Shown here piece after piece: positions 8,639 to 17,988 of a DNA stretch of 63,421 nt (its first letter is position 1; every line of letters starts with the position of its first letter). The notes beneath the pieces were generated by a model. That model worked only from the letters and a program-made list of their open reading frames with translations. It was not told where the DNA came from and did no database searches. The position numbers and the translations under genes are program-made. The DNA comes from a virus. Location of the stretch: positions 1 through 63,421 of the IMG/VR virus record IMGVR_UViG_3300043672_000009. One strand, 5' to 3'.

Positions 8639-9295
8639 TCACTCATCGCCCAGGGGGCCGCCCATGCGCATCTGTGGCAGGCAGCACTTCAGCAAGTCCG
8701 CCCACAGGCGGTCGTGTTTGACTACGGCCGTTTGCCGCTGCACCCCGGCCTCATCGAAGTCGGCATAGTGGATCAGCGCGTGCCAGATGATCAGTTCGTG
8801 CAGGTGCTCTGGCATGCCAGGGGTGTCAGCGTCCACCGTCATCCGCGTTGGGTTGGTGTATCGCTCGATGTCCACCGCGGTTGCGGCGCTGACGGTGGCA
8901 TTGAACACCAGCGCCAGGTCTGGCCGAACCGTCCACGTGGTGACACCGTTCTGGCTGTTCAGCGTGCGGTAGGCCGTCCTGAACTCGTCCCAGGCCATGT
9001 AGCACAGGTTGCGCCATGACGTGGAGCCGTCGTTGAAGTAGGCCGACTCCTTGTCGTAGCGGGCCGGCGCCAGCGCACCGGCAATGACGTTTAGCCCGAG
9101 CGGGATCGTGACCTGGGCGTTCGACCACATCCATGACCAGTTGCGCTTTGCCTGGATGTCAAGCCACGACTGATTCACCCAGTTCACGATCCGACCACTC
9201 TCCAGCGACCCGTCTTGGCTCACGACGGTGGTGGGCCCGGTGCCGTTGACACCCGCCTCGTGGGCGAGCTGCTGGCAGAGTTGCAGGAAGTTCAC
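8639..9295 (-). CDS. Putative head-tail adaptor/tail-proximal protein (218 aa)
   Basis: Position downstream of the capsid genes and size. No motif recognised with certainty. Confidence 0.55.
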   Translation of the reverse strand: MNFLQLCQQLAHEAGVNGTGPTTVVSQDGSLESGRIVNWVNQSWLDIQAKRNWSWMWSNAQVTIPLGLNVIAGALAPARYDKESAYFNDGSTSWRNLCYMAWDEFRTAYRTLNSQNGVTTWTVRPDLALVFNATVSAATAVDIERYTNPTRMTVDADTPGMPEHLHELIIWHALIHYADFDEAGVQRQTAVVKHDRLWADLLKCCLPQMRMGGPLGDE

Positions 9296-9298
9296 GGA

Positions 9299-9808
9299 TC
9301 AACCCTGCTTGTTCATGCGCGCCAGCCAGCGGCGGCCGTACGGGCTCGGGTCCATGATCACGTCGAAGGGGTACTGGTGCGCCGTGGTGCTCTTGCGCAG
9401 CATGCCGTTGGCCGACGTGCGGTCATGGTTCTCCACGGTCTCGTACGACGTTGGTTGGCACTGGGCGAGCCGCTCCACAAACGCGCGTTGGATGCGGATG
9501 GGGATGCCGCGCAGCAAGCACCGCTGGTCGCCGTTGATGCCCACCGGGATCTCTTGGTAGGCGTTCTTGTCGGTGGCCCGGTGGATCTTGATCACCATGG
9601 GGTCCTGCATGAACTTCTCGTACGCAAGCCTGTCGCCCACGCCGTGGAAATCAGGCACCGCCTCGATCTGCTGCACCATGCGCTGCCGCGTCATCGCGCT
9701 CGGGCTCATCATGTCCAGGATCTGCAGTTCGTCGTCTTCGTTGTCGTCGTACTCGTGAGCAACATCGTCGCCGGTGTACTCGGTGGGGTTGTGTGTGGCT
9801 CGGCCCAT
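9299..9808 (-). CDS. Hypothetical head-module protein (169 aa) with an acidic N-terminus
   Basis: ORF track. 3-nt spacing to the next gene. Confidence 0.6.
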   Translation of the reverse strand: MGRATHNPTEYTGDDVAHEYDDNEDDELQILDMMSPSAMTRQRMVQQIEAVPDFHGVGDRLAYEKFMQDPMVIKIHRATDKNAYQEIPVGINGDQRCLLRGIPIRIQRAFVERLAQCQPTSYETVENHDRTSANGMLRKSTTAHQYPFDVIMDPSPYGRRWLARMNKQG

Positions 9809-9865
9809 GGCACTAGCTCCTTGATGGTTTGGTGGTGGGCCAGTGGTGCCGGCCCTGTTGTTGGA

Positions 9866-10324
9866 TCAGTAGGCGATCGGCTTGCTGTAGTCGATGGCGA
9901 CGTTGTGGAACGTCGCTGTGACGCTGGCAGCACTCAGGTCGGTTGCGGCCGGTGTGAACGTCGTCGCCGCGGTGCGAACCAGGATGGCACCCAGGCAGGC
10001 GAAGCCATCGATGTCGCCCGGCCACTCGAAGGCCCCCGGCACATAGCTGGTGCCGGTCAATGACGTTTTGACGGCCGACTGCAGCACCGTCACAGTGCCA
10101 GCAGAGTTCGTCATGATGAACAGCGCGCACGTTTGGTGGTTGCCCAGGGCCACAAACGTCGTGCCCGTGAACGCCGCCATGGCGATGTTGTCGGTGATGG
10201 CCTTGCTGAATGCTCGTCCGCCGATGACGAAGTGGGTGAGCGCGGCCAGTTGGTACGTGTTGGCACCCGTACCTTCCAGCACGCCGGCTGCAACGAGGCA
10301 GAAGTTGTCGCGTGAGGTTTGCAT
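9866..10324 (-). CDS. Putative head decoration/accessory protein (~152 aa)
   Basis: ATG 10324 with AAGGAA 6 nt upstream. Lies immediately after the major capsid gene. Beta-rich. Confidence 0.6.
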   Translation of the reverse strand: MQTSRDNFCLVAAGVLEGTGANTYQLAALTHFVIGGRAFSKAITDNIAMAAFTGTTFVALGNHQTCALFIMTNSAGTVTVLQSAVKTSLTGTSYVPGAFEWPGDIDGFACLGAILVRTAATTFTPAATDLSAASVTATFHNVAIDYSKPIAY

Positions 10325-10389
10325 GATATTTCCTTTGTCGTTTGGGCTTGTGGCCGGGCACGTGGCCCGGCCTGTCGTCACCCGGTGGA

Positions 10390-11463
10390 TCAGTTCATCA
10401 GCGCCGAGGCACCGACTTCACCGACAGCCATCCAGAACTCGTTGAGTCGGACGACTGCCATGTACCCGGAGGCGCCGACGTACCCGCGCTGGCCGAGCGG
10501 ATCGTCCTTCGTCTTCATCCCGGCCGGCAGGATCGACACCGTCTTCATGCTCGCCGAGCCCCGCAGCATCACGTCGCCGAAAGATTCTTCGGACAGCACG
10601 ATTAACGAGTACACGTCGATCAGTTCGGCGCCCGTCGTGTTGGGCACGCCACCAGCCAGCCGCGTGTTCAGCGTCGTTGCCGCCCCCGCATTCAGGTACG
10701 GAGCCATGTGCGTTGACACGATGAACCGGTACGGACCCACAGAGCCCAGTTCCTTTTCGTGGATTCGCTTCTGGCTGGAGTACTCGCTGGCATGGATGAA
10801 GCCGTTCAGCGCCCGAACATCGTTCTCCAGGTCGCCGCTGCAGACGATGATGAACCCGCCCTCCACCGGCTGCGTGCCGACACCGGGTGAAGCTGTCAGC
10901 ACCTCGGTTACTTCCCCGGCGATGTTGTTGGTGAAGCCACGCTTGATGTTGTTCAGCATGTTCACGGACACGAGCCCCGTGATCAGCGCCCGGCTCGCCA
11001 CCGCACCCGCCCGGTAGACGTTCGTGCCGGCCTTGAGCTGTCCGTAACGGATCAGCTCCATCAGCAGGCCCATCCGTTCCCCGGCGATCTTCTTCATTTC
11101 GGGTGGAACATCGTCCTCGTACATGTCGGCGACGCGGTTGGAGAAGCGGTACAACACCCCGTACTCCTGGAGCTGGACCGTGATGTCCTGGTTGCCCACG
11201 GTCTCCGCTGCGGGGGTCTCTCCCTCGTTCAGAAGGTGGGCCGCCGGGTCAACGCTCCAGGTGTTCGGAGACGCTGCAGTGGCACCCTTCGGCAGCCAGC
11301 GGCGGAACACCGCGGTATCGCTGGACTGGCCAGGGATGTTCAGGTCGTGCTTGATCGACACCCCCACGCGGCCGAACACCTCGACGGGTGCGGCGTGCTT
11401 GAGGATCTGGGCTTTCCAGCGGCCAATCCGGGCCGTTACGGTGCTCATGGTCTGGCCGGACAT
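10390..11463 (-). CDS. Major capsid protein, N4 gp56-like type (357 aa)
   Basis: AAGGAG 6 nt upstream of the start. Located after the scaffold gene. Sequence pattern (LQEYGVLYRFSNRVADMYEDD, GPYRFIVSTHM...) recalled as N4-type HK97-fold capsid. Confidence 0.8.
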   Translation of the reverse strand: MSGQTMSTVTARIGRWKAQILKHAAPVEVFGRVGVSIKHDLNIPGQSSDTAVFRRWLPKGATAASPNTWSVDPAAHLLNEGETPAAETVGNQDITVQLQEYGVLYRFSNRVADMYEDDVPPEMKKIAGERMGLLMELIRYGQLKAGTNVYRAGAVASRALITGLVSVNMLNNIKRGFTNNIAGEVTEVLTASPGVGTQPVEGGFIIVCSGDLENDVRALNGFIHASEYSSQKRIHEKELGSVGPYRFIVSTHMAPYLNAGAATTLNTRLAGGVPNTTGAELIDVYSLIVLSEESFGDVMLRGSASMKTVSILPAGMKTKDDPLGQRGYVGASGYMAVVRLNEFWMAVGEVGASALMN

Positions 11464-11487
11464 GGCAGACTCCTTTGGTGTGGCCGG

Positions 11488-12375
11488 TTACCGGGTGGGC
11501 TTTCGCAGCTCCGCCTCGAAACCTTCCTCTTCGGTTTGGGGAACACTGGCACGGCTCGCACTTGGCCGCGCAGCCCCTTGCGGGGTCACTGCGGCCGCGA
11601 TCCGGCCAGTCCTCTTCTGCACCACCGTGCTCGTTTGCGAGCCTTGCGCATCCGTCCTGAACTTGTCGAACTTGTTCATCGCCGTGATGAGTACCCCAGA
11701 CCGGTTCGTGCGCATGACCTCCGTCTGGTACTCGGACGACTGGCGCCCGAGCCACAGCTTGAAGTCTGTCCCGCCGATCTTGTCGCCCCAGCCCGGGTAC
11801 TCCTTGTCCAGAAGCGCCATCTCCGGGTCTGTGGCCGGCGCAGGGGCCGGCGACTGTGTCGGTGGTGGTGAGGCATCCGTCTTCGGTTGCACGGTCTTCA
11901 GGGTGGCAGTGACGTAGTCCTCTACGGCCTGGGCCGCTCCGGGGAGTTCATCAAGGGCCTTGGCGAGGTTCTCGTCGCGCTTGGGTGGCTCCGGTGGCGG
12001 TGTCGGGGCGGTTTTGACGCGCGCCAACTCTGCCCTGGCCTCTTCCAGCGATCGGTTCAGTGCGGAAACGCGTCCGCGGTTCGACTCGGCCTCATGCCGT
12101 AGCGTCGGAAGCTCCGCCAACACGTCCCGCACGGCGGGAGGTAGATCGGCGTAGGGGTCGGTGGCCTCGTTGGGTGCTGGGGCCGGCGTCGGGCTCGCTG
12201 CCGGCGCTTGAGGCGTCGGTGCTGGGCTCGGAGTCGGTTCGGCTGCAACCTGGGTTGGCTTGGGAGCCGGGTCCAGGTCATCCTCAACGGGCTTCTCGCT
12301 TTCCTCGGCAAACGCCGCTTCCTCCGCGGCCTGGTTGGCGGCGTAGTCGTCGGCTGACATGCGGTCCTGTGACAT
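11488..12375 (-). CDS. Scaffolding protein (295 aa)
   Basis: Acidic, Ala/Pro/Glu-rich low-complexity protein lying between the portal and capsid genes. Confidence 0.65.
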   Translation of the reverse strand: MSQDRMSADDYAANQAAEEAAFAEESEKPVEDDLDPAPKPTQVAAEPTPSPAPTPQAPAASPTPAPAPNEATDPYADLPPAVRDVLAELPTLRHEAESNRGRVSALNRSLEEARAELARVKTAPTPPPEPPKRDENLAKALDELPGAAQAVEDYVTATLKTVQPKTDASPPPTQSPAPAPATDPEMALLDKEYPGWGDKIGGTDFKLWLGRQSSEYQTEVMRTNRSGVLITAMNKFDKFRTDAQGSQTSTVVQKRTGRIAAAVTPQGAARPSASRASVPQTEEEGFEAELRKPTR

Positions 12376-12411
12376 GGTGGTGGTTACTCGTATTTGCCCA
12401 GTTGGGCACCT

Positions 12412-12633
12412 TCAATCGTCGGTTCCGTCTTCCGAGGACACCGACACCCGTACTGGGGCCGCCCGCTTGGGCAGCGCCAGCATTTCCTTGATCTCGCGGA
12501 TCCGGCCGCGCACTGCAGCCGTACCCTTCTCATCTAGTTCGCCTTCAAGCTGGCCGCGCAGCACCTCCAGCCGGCCGGCGAGGTGTTCCTCAAGCCTGGC
12601 CCACATGTCGGTATTGAAGTCGGATCGCTTCAT
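12412..12633 (-). CDS. Small helical protein (73 aa)
   Basis: ORF track. Lies 4 nt after the portal stop. Confidence 0.55.
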   Translation of the reverse strand: MKRSDFNTDMWARLEEHLAGRLEVLRGQLEGELDEKGTAAVRGRIREIKEMLALPKRAAPVRVSVSSEDGTDD

Positions 12634-12636
12634 GGC

Positions 12637-14919
12637 TCAGATCCCAGTCCCGGAGGTGTTCTGCGGCGCGAGCTTCATCTGCATCTCGTCGCTCTTCATC
12701 CGGTTGTCCATGGCCTTGCCTGCCAGCATCGCCTTCATGTCGGCGAAGCTGATCTGCTGGTGGCCCTGCAGCCTCAGCATTTCCAACTGGATCTCGAACT
12801 GGTGCAGCCGCTCCGCGGACTGTCGATCGGCTTCGGCCTGTTGGGCCTTGAACTGCATCTCGGCCTGCGCCTGCGCACCCCGGGCTTCGTTCGTGGCCTG
12901 CAGCCCCTCGTTGCGGATCTGGGCGGCCTGCACGCGCGGATCCTGCGGCGGTTGCTGCTGCGCGCGCTCCGCGGCCTTGGCCTTGGACTCGTCAGGCGTG
13001 TATTGCACGGTCTTGATGTTGAACCCGCGAGCCCGCGCGATCTCCGCAATGAGCTTCTTCGGGTCCAGGTCGAGCGACGGGTCATCCTTGCTGGCCCACA
13101 GCATCACCAGGAAGTCGCTGTCTTCCGCACGCTGCACCAGCGCCGTGGCGCCACGGGCAGCAATCTGCGTGTCGCCCTTGTTGCCGGCCGGGATGGTGGG
13201 GTCCTGCATGTACCAGTCGTTGTATCGGCGCAGGTGCGGCACGATGAGGTAATCGTCGTACTGCTTGGCGATCACCCGCAGCGGGCTGGTCATGTTGGCC
13301 ATCAGCAGCCGCATGCCGCCCAGCGTCTCGGGTGTGGCGCCCTCCTTGAGCATGCCCTGCATCAGGATGGGCAGGTTGCTCAGGATGTCGAGCATCTCCA
13401 GCCAGAACTGCACGATCCCCTGCAGTTCGGCCTGCATGCTGGGGATGTTGAAGCTGGCGAACGCCTTTTGAATGTCGTTGATCGCATCCGACGCGTTGAA
13501 TCTCCACAGCTTGCGTCCGGTGATCTCGTAGATGCCATCCTCTGGCTCCACGGCATTGCCGTCGAAGACGATCTGGGGGCCGCCCGACAGGCCCGCGTTC
13601 TCCATCAGCTTGCGCACGGCCGCATTCAGGCCACGCTGTGCCACACCGACCTTGCGCGGGATGCCGCGGCCCCACGGTTGCCCGTCCACGATGTCCCAGG
13701 GGAACAGGTCGTACGGAAAGGTGCCGGTCTCCAGTGGGTTCAGGGCGCACTTCACGGCCCGGCCGTTGACCATGGTGAGGATCGCGGCCACCGGCGGCCC
13801 GATCATGTCGCCATCGTCCAACAGGCTCTCTCCGTCGCCCTTGCCTCGGTCCAAGCCCATCATCACCAGGTCTTCGGGGTCAACCTGGCCGTAGTAGTAG
13901 TAGACCTCGTACAGGCGCGCGTCGTTGAACGTGTCGCCCACGCCGTCGCGCCGCACGTCGGAACTGCCGCGCCCCACCAGCCGCGGACCCTCTTCCAGCG
14001 CCAGCGCAATCGACCCGGTGTCGTAGTCGGGTAGCGCAGCCAGGTCGGCCAGTGCGCGCCCGGTCAGAAAGTCGCGCTCCACGCAGTAGGAGCCCTTGTG
14101 CACGTTGTCGCCGCAGTCGGGCGCCGGGAAAAAGTCCTGCACGCGGATGCGCCTGCTGGTCGGGTCGATCTTCTTGGTGATGTCCAGCACGCCGATGCCG
14201 TCACGGATCGACCACTTCTTGGTGCACCGCTCCACCGGGATCGGACCCTTCAGGATCCCCGTCCCCAGCCGCCCGGCATCCCGGATGACCTTGCGCATCT
14301 CGGCGTAGACGGCGCCCTCTACGAACTTGTCCTCGATCCACAGCGCCTCTTTCTTTGCCGCTTCGTCCGCGCGGTGGTTAATCAGCTCGGCCACGTCCGA
14401 GGCGGGCGCCTGGCTGCCGTCCCCGAGCTGCACAGGTGTCTGCGTGCCCTGCTCTACTGCGTCGTCCAGGTCAGGCACCGGCGTGCGCTTCGTCTCCCAC
14501 GGCTTGTCGTCGTGCGGGACCAGCATCTCCTGCACCCGCGCTACGGCGATGTCGGTCTTGGGAGCCGTGACGTTCAGGTAGAGCGTGGACTGAGCGCCGG
14601 CCCGCTTCTTCTTAGGCAGTTGGTCGCGCGTCTTGACCACGTGCCGGGCGGTGCTGATTGCGTCCACCCCGTTGTACTGGTCTTCGTCCTCGGCCCAGAT
14701 CTCTTCGATGCCGGAACTGGCGCGGGCCTGCATGGCCTCGTAGATGCGCCGGTTGACGCGCGATTCCAGGATGGCCTTGTGGCCCTCTTGATCGTCGTAC
14801 GCGGCATCTTCGGCGCCATAGTCCTGCGTCGGCTCGGGCTCCACCTGGGCCGGCTGGCGCGAGCGCTTCAGCGCCTGCTGCTTGGGCGTCTTGCCCGGCT
14901 GGGTGGGTGTCGTGACCAT
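12637..14919 (-). CDS. Portal protein (~760 aa)
   Basis: Large ORF directly downstream of terL. Start moved to ATG 14919, which couples to the upstream stop (14919-14921). The C-terminus has a coiled coil. Confidence 0.8.
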   Translation of the reverse strand: MVTTPTQPGKTPKQQALKRSRQPAQVEPEPTQDYGAEDAAYDDQEGHKAILESRVNRRIYEAMQARASSGIEEIWAEDEDQYNGVDAISTARHVVKTRDQLPKKKRAGAQSTLYLNVTAPKTDIAVARVQEMLVPHDDKPWETKRTPVPDLDDAVEQGTQTPVQLGDGSQAPASDVAELINHRADEAAKKEALWIEDKFVEGAVYAEMRKVIRDAGRLGTGILKGPIPVERCTKKWSIRDGIGVLDITKKIDPTSRRIRVQDFFPAPDCGDNVHKGSYCVERDFLTGRALADLAALPDYDTGSIALALEEGPRLVGRGSSDVRRDGVGDTFNDARLYEVYYYYGQVDPEDLVMMGLDRGKGDGESLLDDGDMIGPPVAAILTMVNGRAVKCALNPLETGTFPYDLFPWDIVDGQPWGRGIPRKVGVAQRGLNAAVRKLMENAGLSGGPQIVFDGNAVEPEDGIYEITGRKLWRFNASDAINDIQKAFASFNIPSMQAELQGIVQFWLEMLDILSNLPILMQGMLKEGATPETLGGMRLLMANMTSPLRVIAKQYDDYLIVPHLRRYNDWYMQDPTIPAGNKGDTQIAARGATALVQRAEDSDFLVMLWASKDDPSLDLDPKKLIAEIARARGFNIKTVQYTPDESKAKAAERAQQQPPQDPRVQAAQIRNEGLQATNEARGAQAQAEMQFKAQQAEADRQSAERLHQFEIQLEMLRLQGHQQISFADMKAMLAGKAMDNRMKSDEMQMKLAPQNTSGTGI

Positions 14920-15197
14920 TACAGCGCTCCCTTGAACCATACGCCCAGGTATGCGCGTTGAGAGAGAACGTCATCGGCGTTGTAGTGCTGAAGAATCTCA
15001 AGTCGCCGCACCTCTCGGCCCCGTCCGTACTGATCGATGTGCGCCTTGAGCATTGCGCGCACATGGTCCGTATTCAGCGACGAACATGAGTAGCCGCACG
15101 CACGCGCACTGCGGCGGCAAACAAATACCAACCCGTCTTCGCTGGATTCGTGAACCATTGGTTCTGAGGCGGGTGTCGGCATGGTGGCCACGGTCAC
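14919..15197 (-). CDS. Small protein between terL and portal (92 aa)
   Basis: ORF track. Overlap-coupled at both ends. Confidence 0.5.
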   Translation of the reverse strand: MTVATMPTPASEPMVHESSEDGLVFVCRRSARACGYSCSSLNTDHVRAMLKAHIDQYGRGREVRRLEILQHYNADDVLSQRAYLGVWFKGAL

Positions 15198-16717
15198 ATC
15201 CCCATCTCGTCGTCAACGCTGTAGGCGGCGATCTTGTCCGGCGCCGGCCTGACCGGCTGCGGCTTCGGTGGGATGGCCAGCGTCAGGCCCAGGCTGTCGG
15301 CTTCGTCTGGCGATGGCAGGCCGCGCAGCTTCATATCGTCCTTCGGCTCCATCAGCAGGAGGCCGCCCTTGTAGAAGTAGCGGGTGCCCGTAAGCGCCAC
15401 GCGCAACTCTTGCTCGTTCGGGATGCTGGCGGTCTTCAGCCACTCCAACATCTCGGACCAGATGAAGGCGCGCAGGTTGTAGTGTTTGCCGTTGTCCAGC
15501 CTGATGGAGCTGTTCACGTCCACCACGATGCCCTTTGGGTACCATCCGCGCATGATGTCCGCCACACCCGCGCCGATGCCGATGGTGTCGATGGCAACCT
15601 GTTCTGGCATCTCGCCGAACTTCAGGATTTCCTGCTTCGCCCGTCCTGCGGTCGATGCCACATCCGACTTTCCCCACTTGACCTGACCCAGCAGCACGCG
15701 CCCGCGGCGGAACGACAGCACGCACTTGTCGTTGCCGAAGCGGGCCACGTCCAGCCCTACACGTATGCGTCCGATCGGTCGAACATCAGCCGGGCCGCGC
15801 GACTGCGCCAGCGTCACGATGCCGCTTGAGATGTAGGAGTTCATCACCGAGGCGCTGTAGTCTCTGTCCACCTCCTGGGCCAGGGCCACGGCGGTCATGT
15901 CGCGCTTCTGTTTGGCGTACCAGTCCTTGCCCTTGCGCGGATCGTCGCGCCAGTCGAAGACGAATACCTTGGTGACACCGCCATGCACCTTCGCCCAGAA
16001 CGGATTGCCCTCACCGTTGGGCGTGCTGATGTCGATCTTGACGTTCGAGGTTTGGCTCAGCGCCATGTCAGCGCTCTCGGGGTGGTCCCAGTGGGCGCTT
16101 TCGTCCTTGAAGTAGATCGTTGTCCGCCCGCCGCGTCCGATGTTCCCGCCTGACTCGCCGATGATGGCCGCGCCTTCCATGCGCGGGTCTGGGTTCACGA
16201 TGCGCATGTGGGCCGCGTGCCGCTCTTCGGCGTACCCGGATGGTTTGAACTCGTGCGGCAGCATGCGGATGAAGAAGCGCAGCTTCCAGAATAGGCACTG
16301 CGGGTCATCGGATTTGTCCACCAGGTCCTCTTTGCGGGAGCCGAAGCCGATGACCGAGCCAGGGTGGTAGATCCACATCCAGGCTGCCACGGCCACGCAC
16401 AGCCAGCTCAGGCCCATGTCGCGGCTCTTCTCGACCGCGCCATCCTCGCGCTTCTTCCAGAGCCCGGCCACCCAGTCGATGAACTCTTCCTGCTTCTGGA
16501 ACAGGATGAACGGCATCGTCGTCGGCCGGTTGCTGTTCGCATTGCGCGGGTCGAACGTGCAACCCCAATCGTTGATGAAATCGACTGGGTTGTCTTTGTA
16601 GTGCGCCTGCACGCCAGGCAGCCGCTCCGGGGCCGCGCGCAGGGCCTTGAGCTTGGCCACCCGATCCGCCCACACGGCGTTGTAGTCAGGCGCCAGCCAG
16701 TCGATTTGCACGCTCAT
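15194..16717 (-). CDS. terL: Terminase large subunit (507 aa)
   Basis: ATPase segment VEKSRDMGLSW, plus a C-terminal nuclease-like part (VGLDVARFGNDKCVL, IDTIGIGAGVAD). Confidence 0.9.
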   Translation of the reverse strand: MSVQIDWLAPDYNAVWADRVAKLKALRAAPERLPGVQAHYKDNPVDFINDWGCTFDPRNANSNRPTTMPFILFQKQEEFIDWVAGLWKKREDGAVEKSRDMGLSWLCVAVAAWMWIYHPGSVIGFGSRKEDLVDKSDDPQCLFWKLRFFIRMLPHEFKPSGYAEERHAAHMRIVNPDPRMEGAAIIGESGGNIGRGGRTTIYFKDESAHWDHPESADMALSQTSNVKIDISTPNGEGNPFWAKVHGGVTKVFVFDWRDDPRKGKDWYAKQKRDMTAVALAQEVDRDYSASVMNSYISSGIVTLAQSRGPADVRPIGRIRVGLDVARFGNDKCVLSFRRGRVLLGQVKWGKSDVASTAGRAKQEILKFGEMPEQVAIDTIGIGAGVADIMRGWYPKGIVVDVNSSIRLDNGKHYNLRAFIWSEMLEWLKTASIPNEQELRVALTGTRYFYKGGLLLMEPKDDMKLRGLPSPDEADSLGLTLAIPPKPQPVRPAPDKIAAYSVDDEMGM

Positions 16718-17337
16718 GACGACGCCCTCTGCGAGGCGAGCCAGCGATAGTGTTCGGCTGGCGGCGCGTCGCTATTTGGTGCCGGCTGCTGCGGATCGGC
16801 ACCGGTGTCCTGCCCGTAGCAGATGCGCTCCGAGTGGATGAGCTTGGTCAGGTTGTCGGTCAGCAGGCGCAGCACGTCGGCACGCGCCTTGATGGCGATC
16901 ATGTGGGGCGGTTCTGCTGTGCGCTCCTTCTCCGATCTGGCGCGCAAGTCGGCCATGGTGTTGAAGCACAGGTCTCGCAGCGCCCGGATGTCCGTGCGGT
17001 GTCGCATCAGTACCTGGGTGTTCACCTCGGCCAGGGCCGCCACTACCTCGGCCGTGGCCGGCAGCGCGCTCTCGATCTGCTTGCGGATCTTCTTCGCAAC
17101 GTCGGCGTGCTTGGTCTTGGACACCTCGATCTCGGCCATGTTGGCCTGCGTGGCCACATCGACGGCCCGCTTGAGATCCTTCTGCCAGCCTTCGCGGTTG
17201 GCGATCTTCTGAATGTAGGTGTGGCTGCGCTGGTACTTCGCACCCAGCTCCCGATCAGTGAACGCGCCGGTTCGGTAGTCCCGAGACAGCGCGTCCAGGT
17301 CGAGAGGGGGAAGCCGTGGCTTCTGGTCGCCCATCAC
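16714..17337 (-). CDS. terS: Terminase small subunit (207 aa)
   Basis: N-terminal HTH-like segment (FTDRELGAKYQRSHTYIQKIANREGW). ATGA coupling to terL. Confidence 0.75.
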   Translation of the reverse strand: MMGDQKPRLPPLDLDALSRDYRTGAFTDRELGAKYQRSHTYIQKIANREGWQKDLKRAVDVATQANMAEIEVSKTKHADVAKKIRKQIESALPATAEVVAALAEVNTQVLMRHRTDIRALRDLCFNTMADLRARSEKERTAEPPHMIAIKARADVLRLLTDNLTKLIHSERICYGQDTGADPQQPAPNSDAPPAEHYRWLASQRASS

Positions 17338-17516
17338 AGCGCCCCTGCACCGCGCTTAGTCGCCCGGTACACCCGCATGTATTCGCGCATGTAGCCGGGG
17401 CTGTGGCGGTCCTTGGAGCGGTCCTTGGATCGCTTGGCCGGCCGGTCAGCGGGCTGCGTGGTGTTTACGCTTGCCGTGCCCTGTGTAGCTGGGTTCACGG
17501 TCAGGCGGTTTGCCAT
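17334..17516 (-). CDS. First small ORF of the late operon (60 aa, basic)
   Basis: ATGA overlap with the terS start. A TATGAT element lies 8 nt upstream of its ATG. Confidence 0.5.
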   Translation of the reverse strand: MANRLTVNPATQGTASVNTTQPADRPAKRSKDRSKDRHSPGYMREYMRVYRATKRGAGAL

Positions 17517-17546
17517 GAGCCGGAATCATACAGGTGTTTATGGAGC

Positions 17547-17597
17547 GGTTGCCAGAGGTGTGCTTGGCAACCTGTGGTCTGGCAACCCTTGGCAACT
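17547..17597 (-). promoter_or_regulatory. Cluster A of four [CT]TGGCAACC / GGTTGCCAG motif copies upstream of the late operon
   Basis: GGTTGCCAG 17547-17555, CTTGGCAACC 17563-17572, CTGGCAACCC 17579-17588, TTGGCAACT 17589-17597. Includes the palindrome GGTTGCCA-N10-TGGCAACC. Confidence 0.6.
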
Positions 17598-17611
17598 GGC
17601 TGTTTGCGCGC

Positions 17612-17641
17612 CACCGGGCCGGTGTATGGGCCGGCCCGGTG
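17612..17641 (-). terminator. Perfect 11-bp GC stem-loop (CACCGGGCCGG-N8-CCGGCCCGGTG) between the middle operon and late operon. No clear U tract.
   Basis: Read directly. A second imperfect hairpin is at 17712-17733. Confidence 0.4.
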
Positions 17642-17778
17642 GGTTCTCGTTCGCTGCCCTGCGCCCGTGGTGAGTTGTCTGGGTGCGCCGGCCGGCCCTT
17701 CCAGTAGGTGCGGGTCCCGGGAGAAACGGGCCCTACCTTCCGGCGCGGGCCAATGATGCCATGGTTCCGGCTGGCGGG

Positions 17779-17988
17779 CTACAGCGCCCGAAACTCAGCC
17801 TGGGCCGCATCCAGTTGCGCCTGCAGGTCGGCCATGATGGCCATGCCCACCACCTCTGCACCGGCCGGGCTCAGTTCGATGTCTGGCCACGCCGGGGTGC
17901 ACTCTTCGGGACCGGCGGAGATGACGCCCGCCAGCAGCTTGATGCGCCGGTCCAGCTCGTTGGCGCGGGCCAGGGCCTGCGGGGTCAC
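17779..17988 (-). CDS. Small helical protein (69 aa)
   Basis: ORF track. 4-nt overlap with the upstream gene. Confidence 0.55.
   Translation of the reverse strand: MTPQALARANELDRRIKLLAGVISAGPEECTPAWPDIELSPAGAEVVGMAIMADLQAQLDAAQAEFRAL

Noticed and set aside
17547-17597. Sigma-54 promoter reading of TGGCAACCCTTGGCA
   Set aside because: The GG-to-GC spacing is one nucleotide short of the -24/-12 consensus. The motif also occurs in both orientations and in multiple copies, which fits protein operator sites better.
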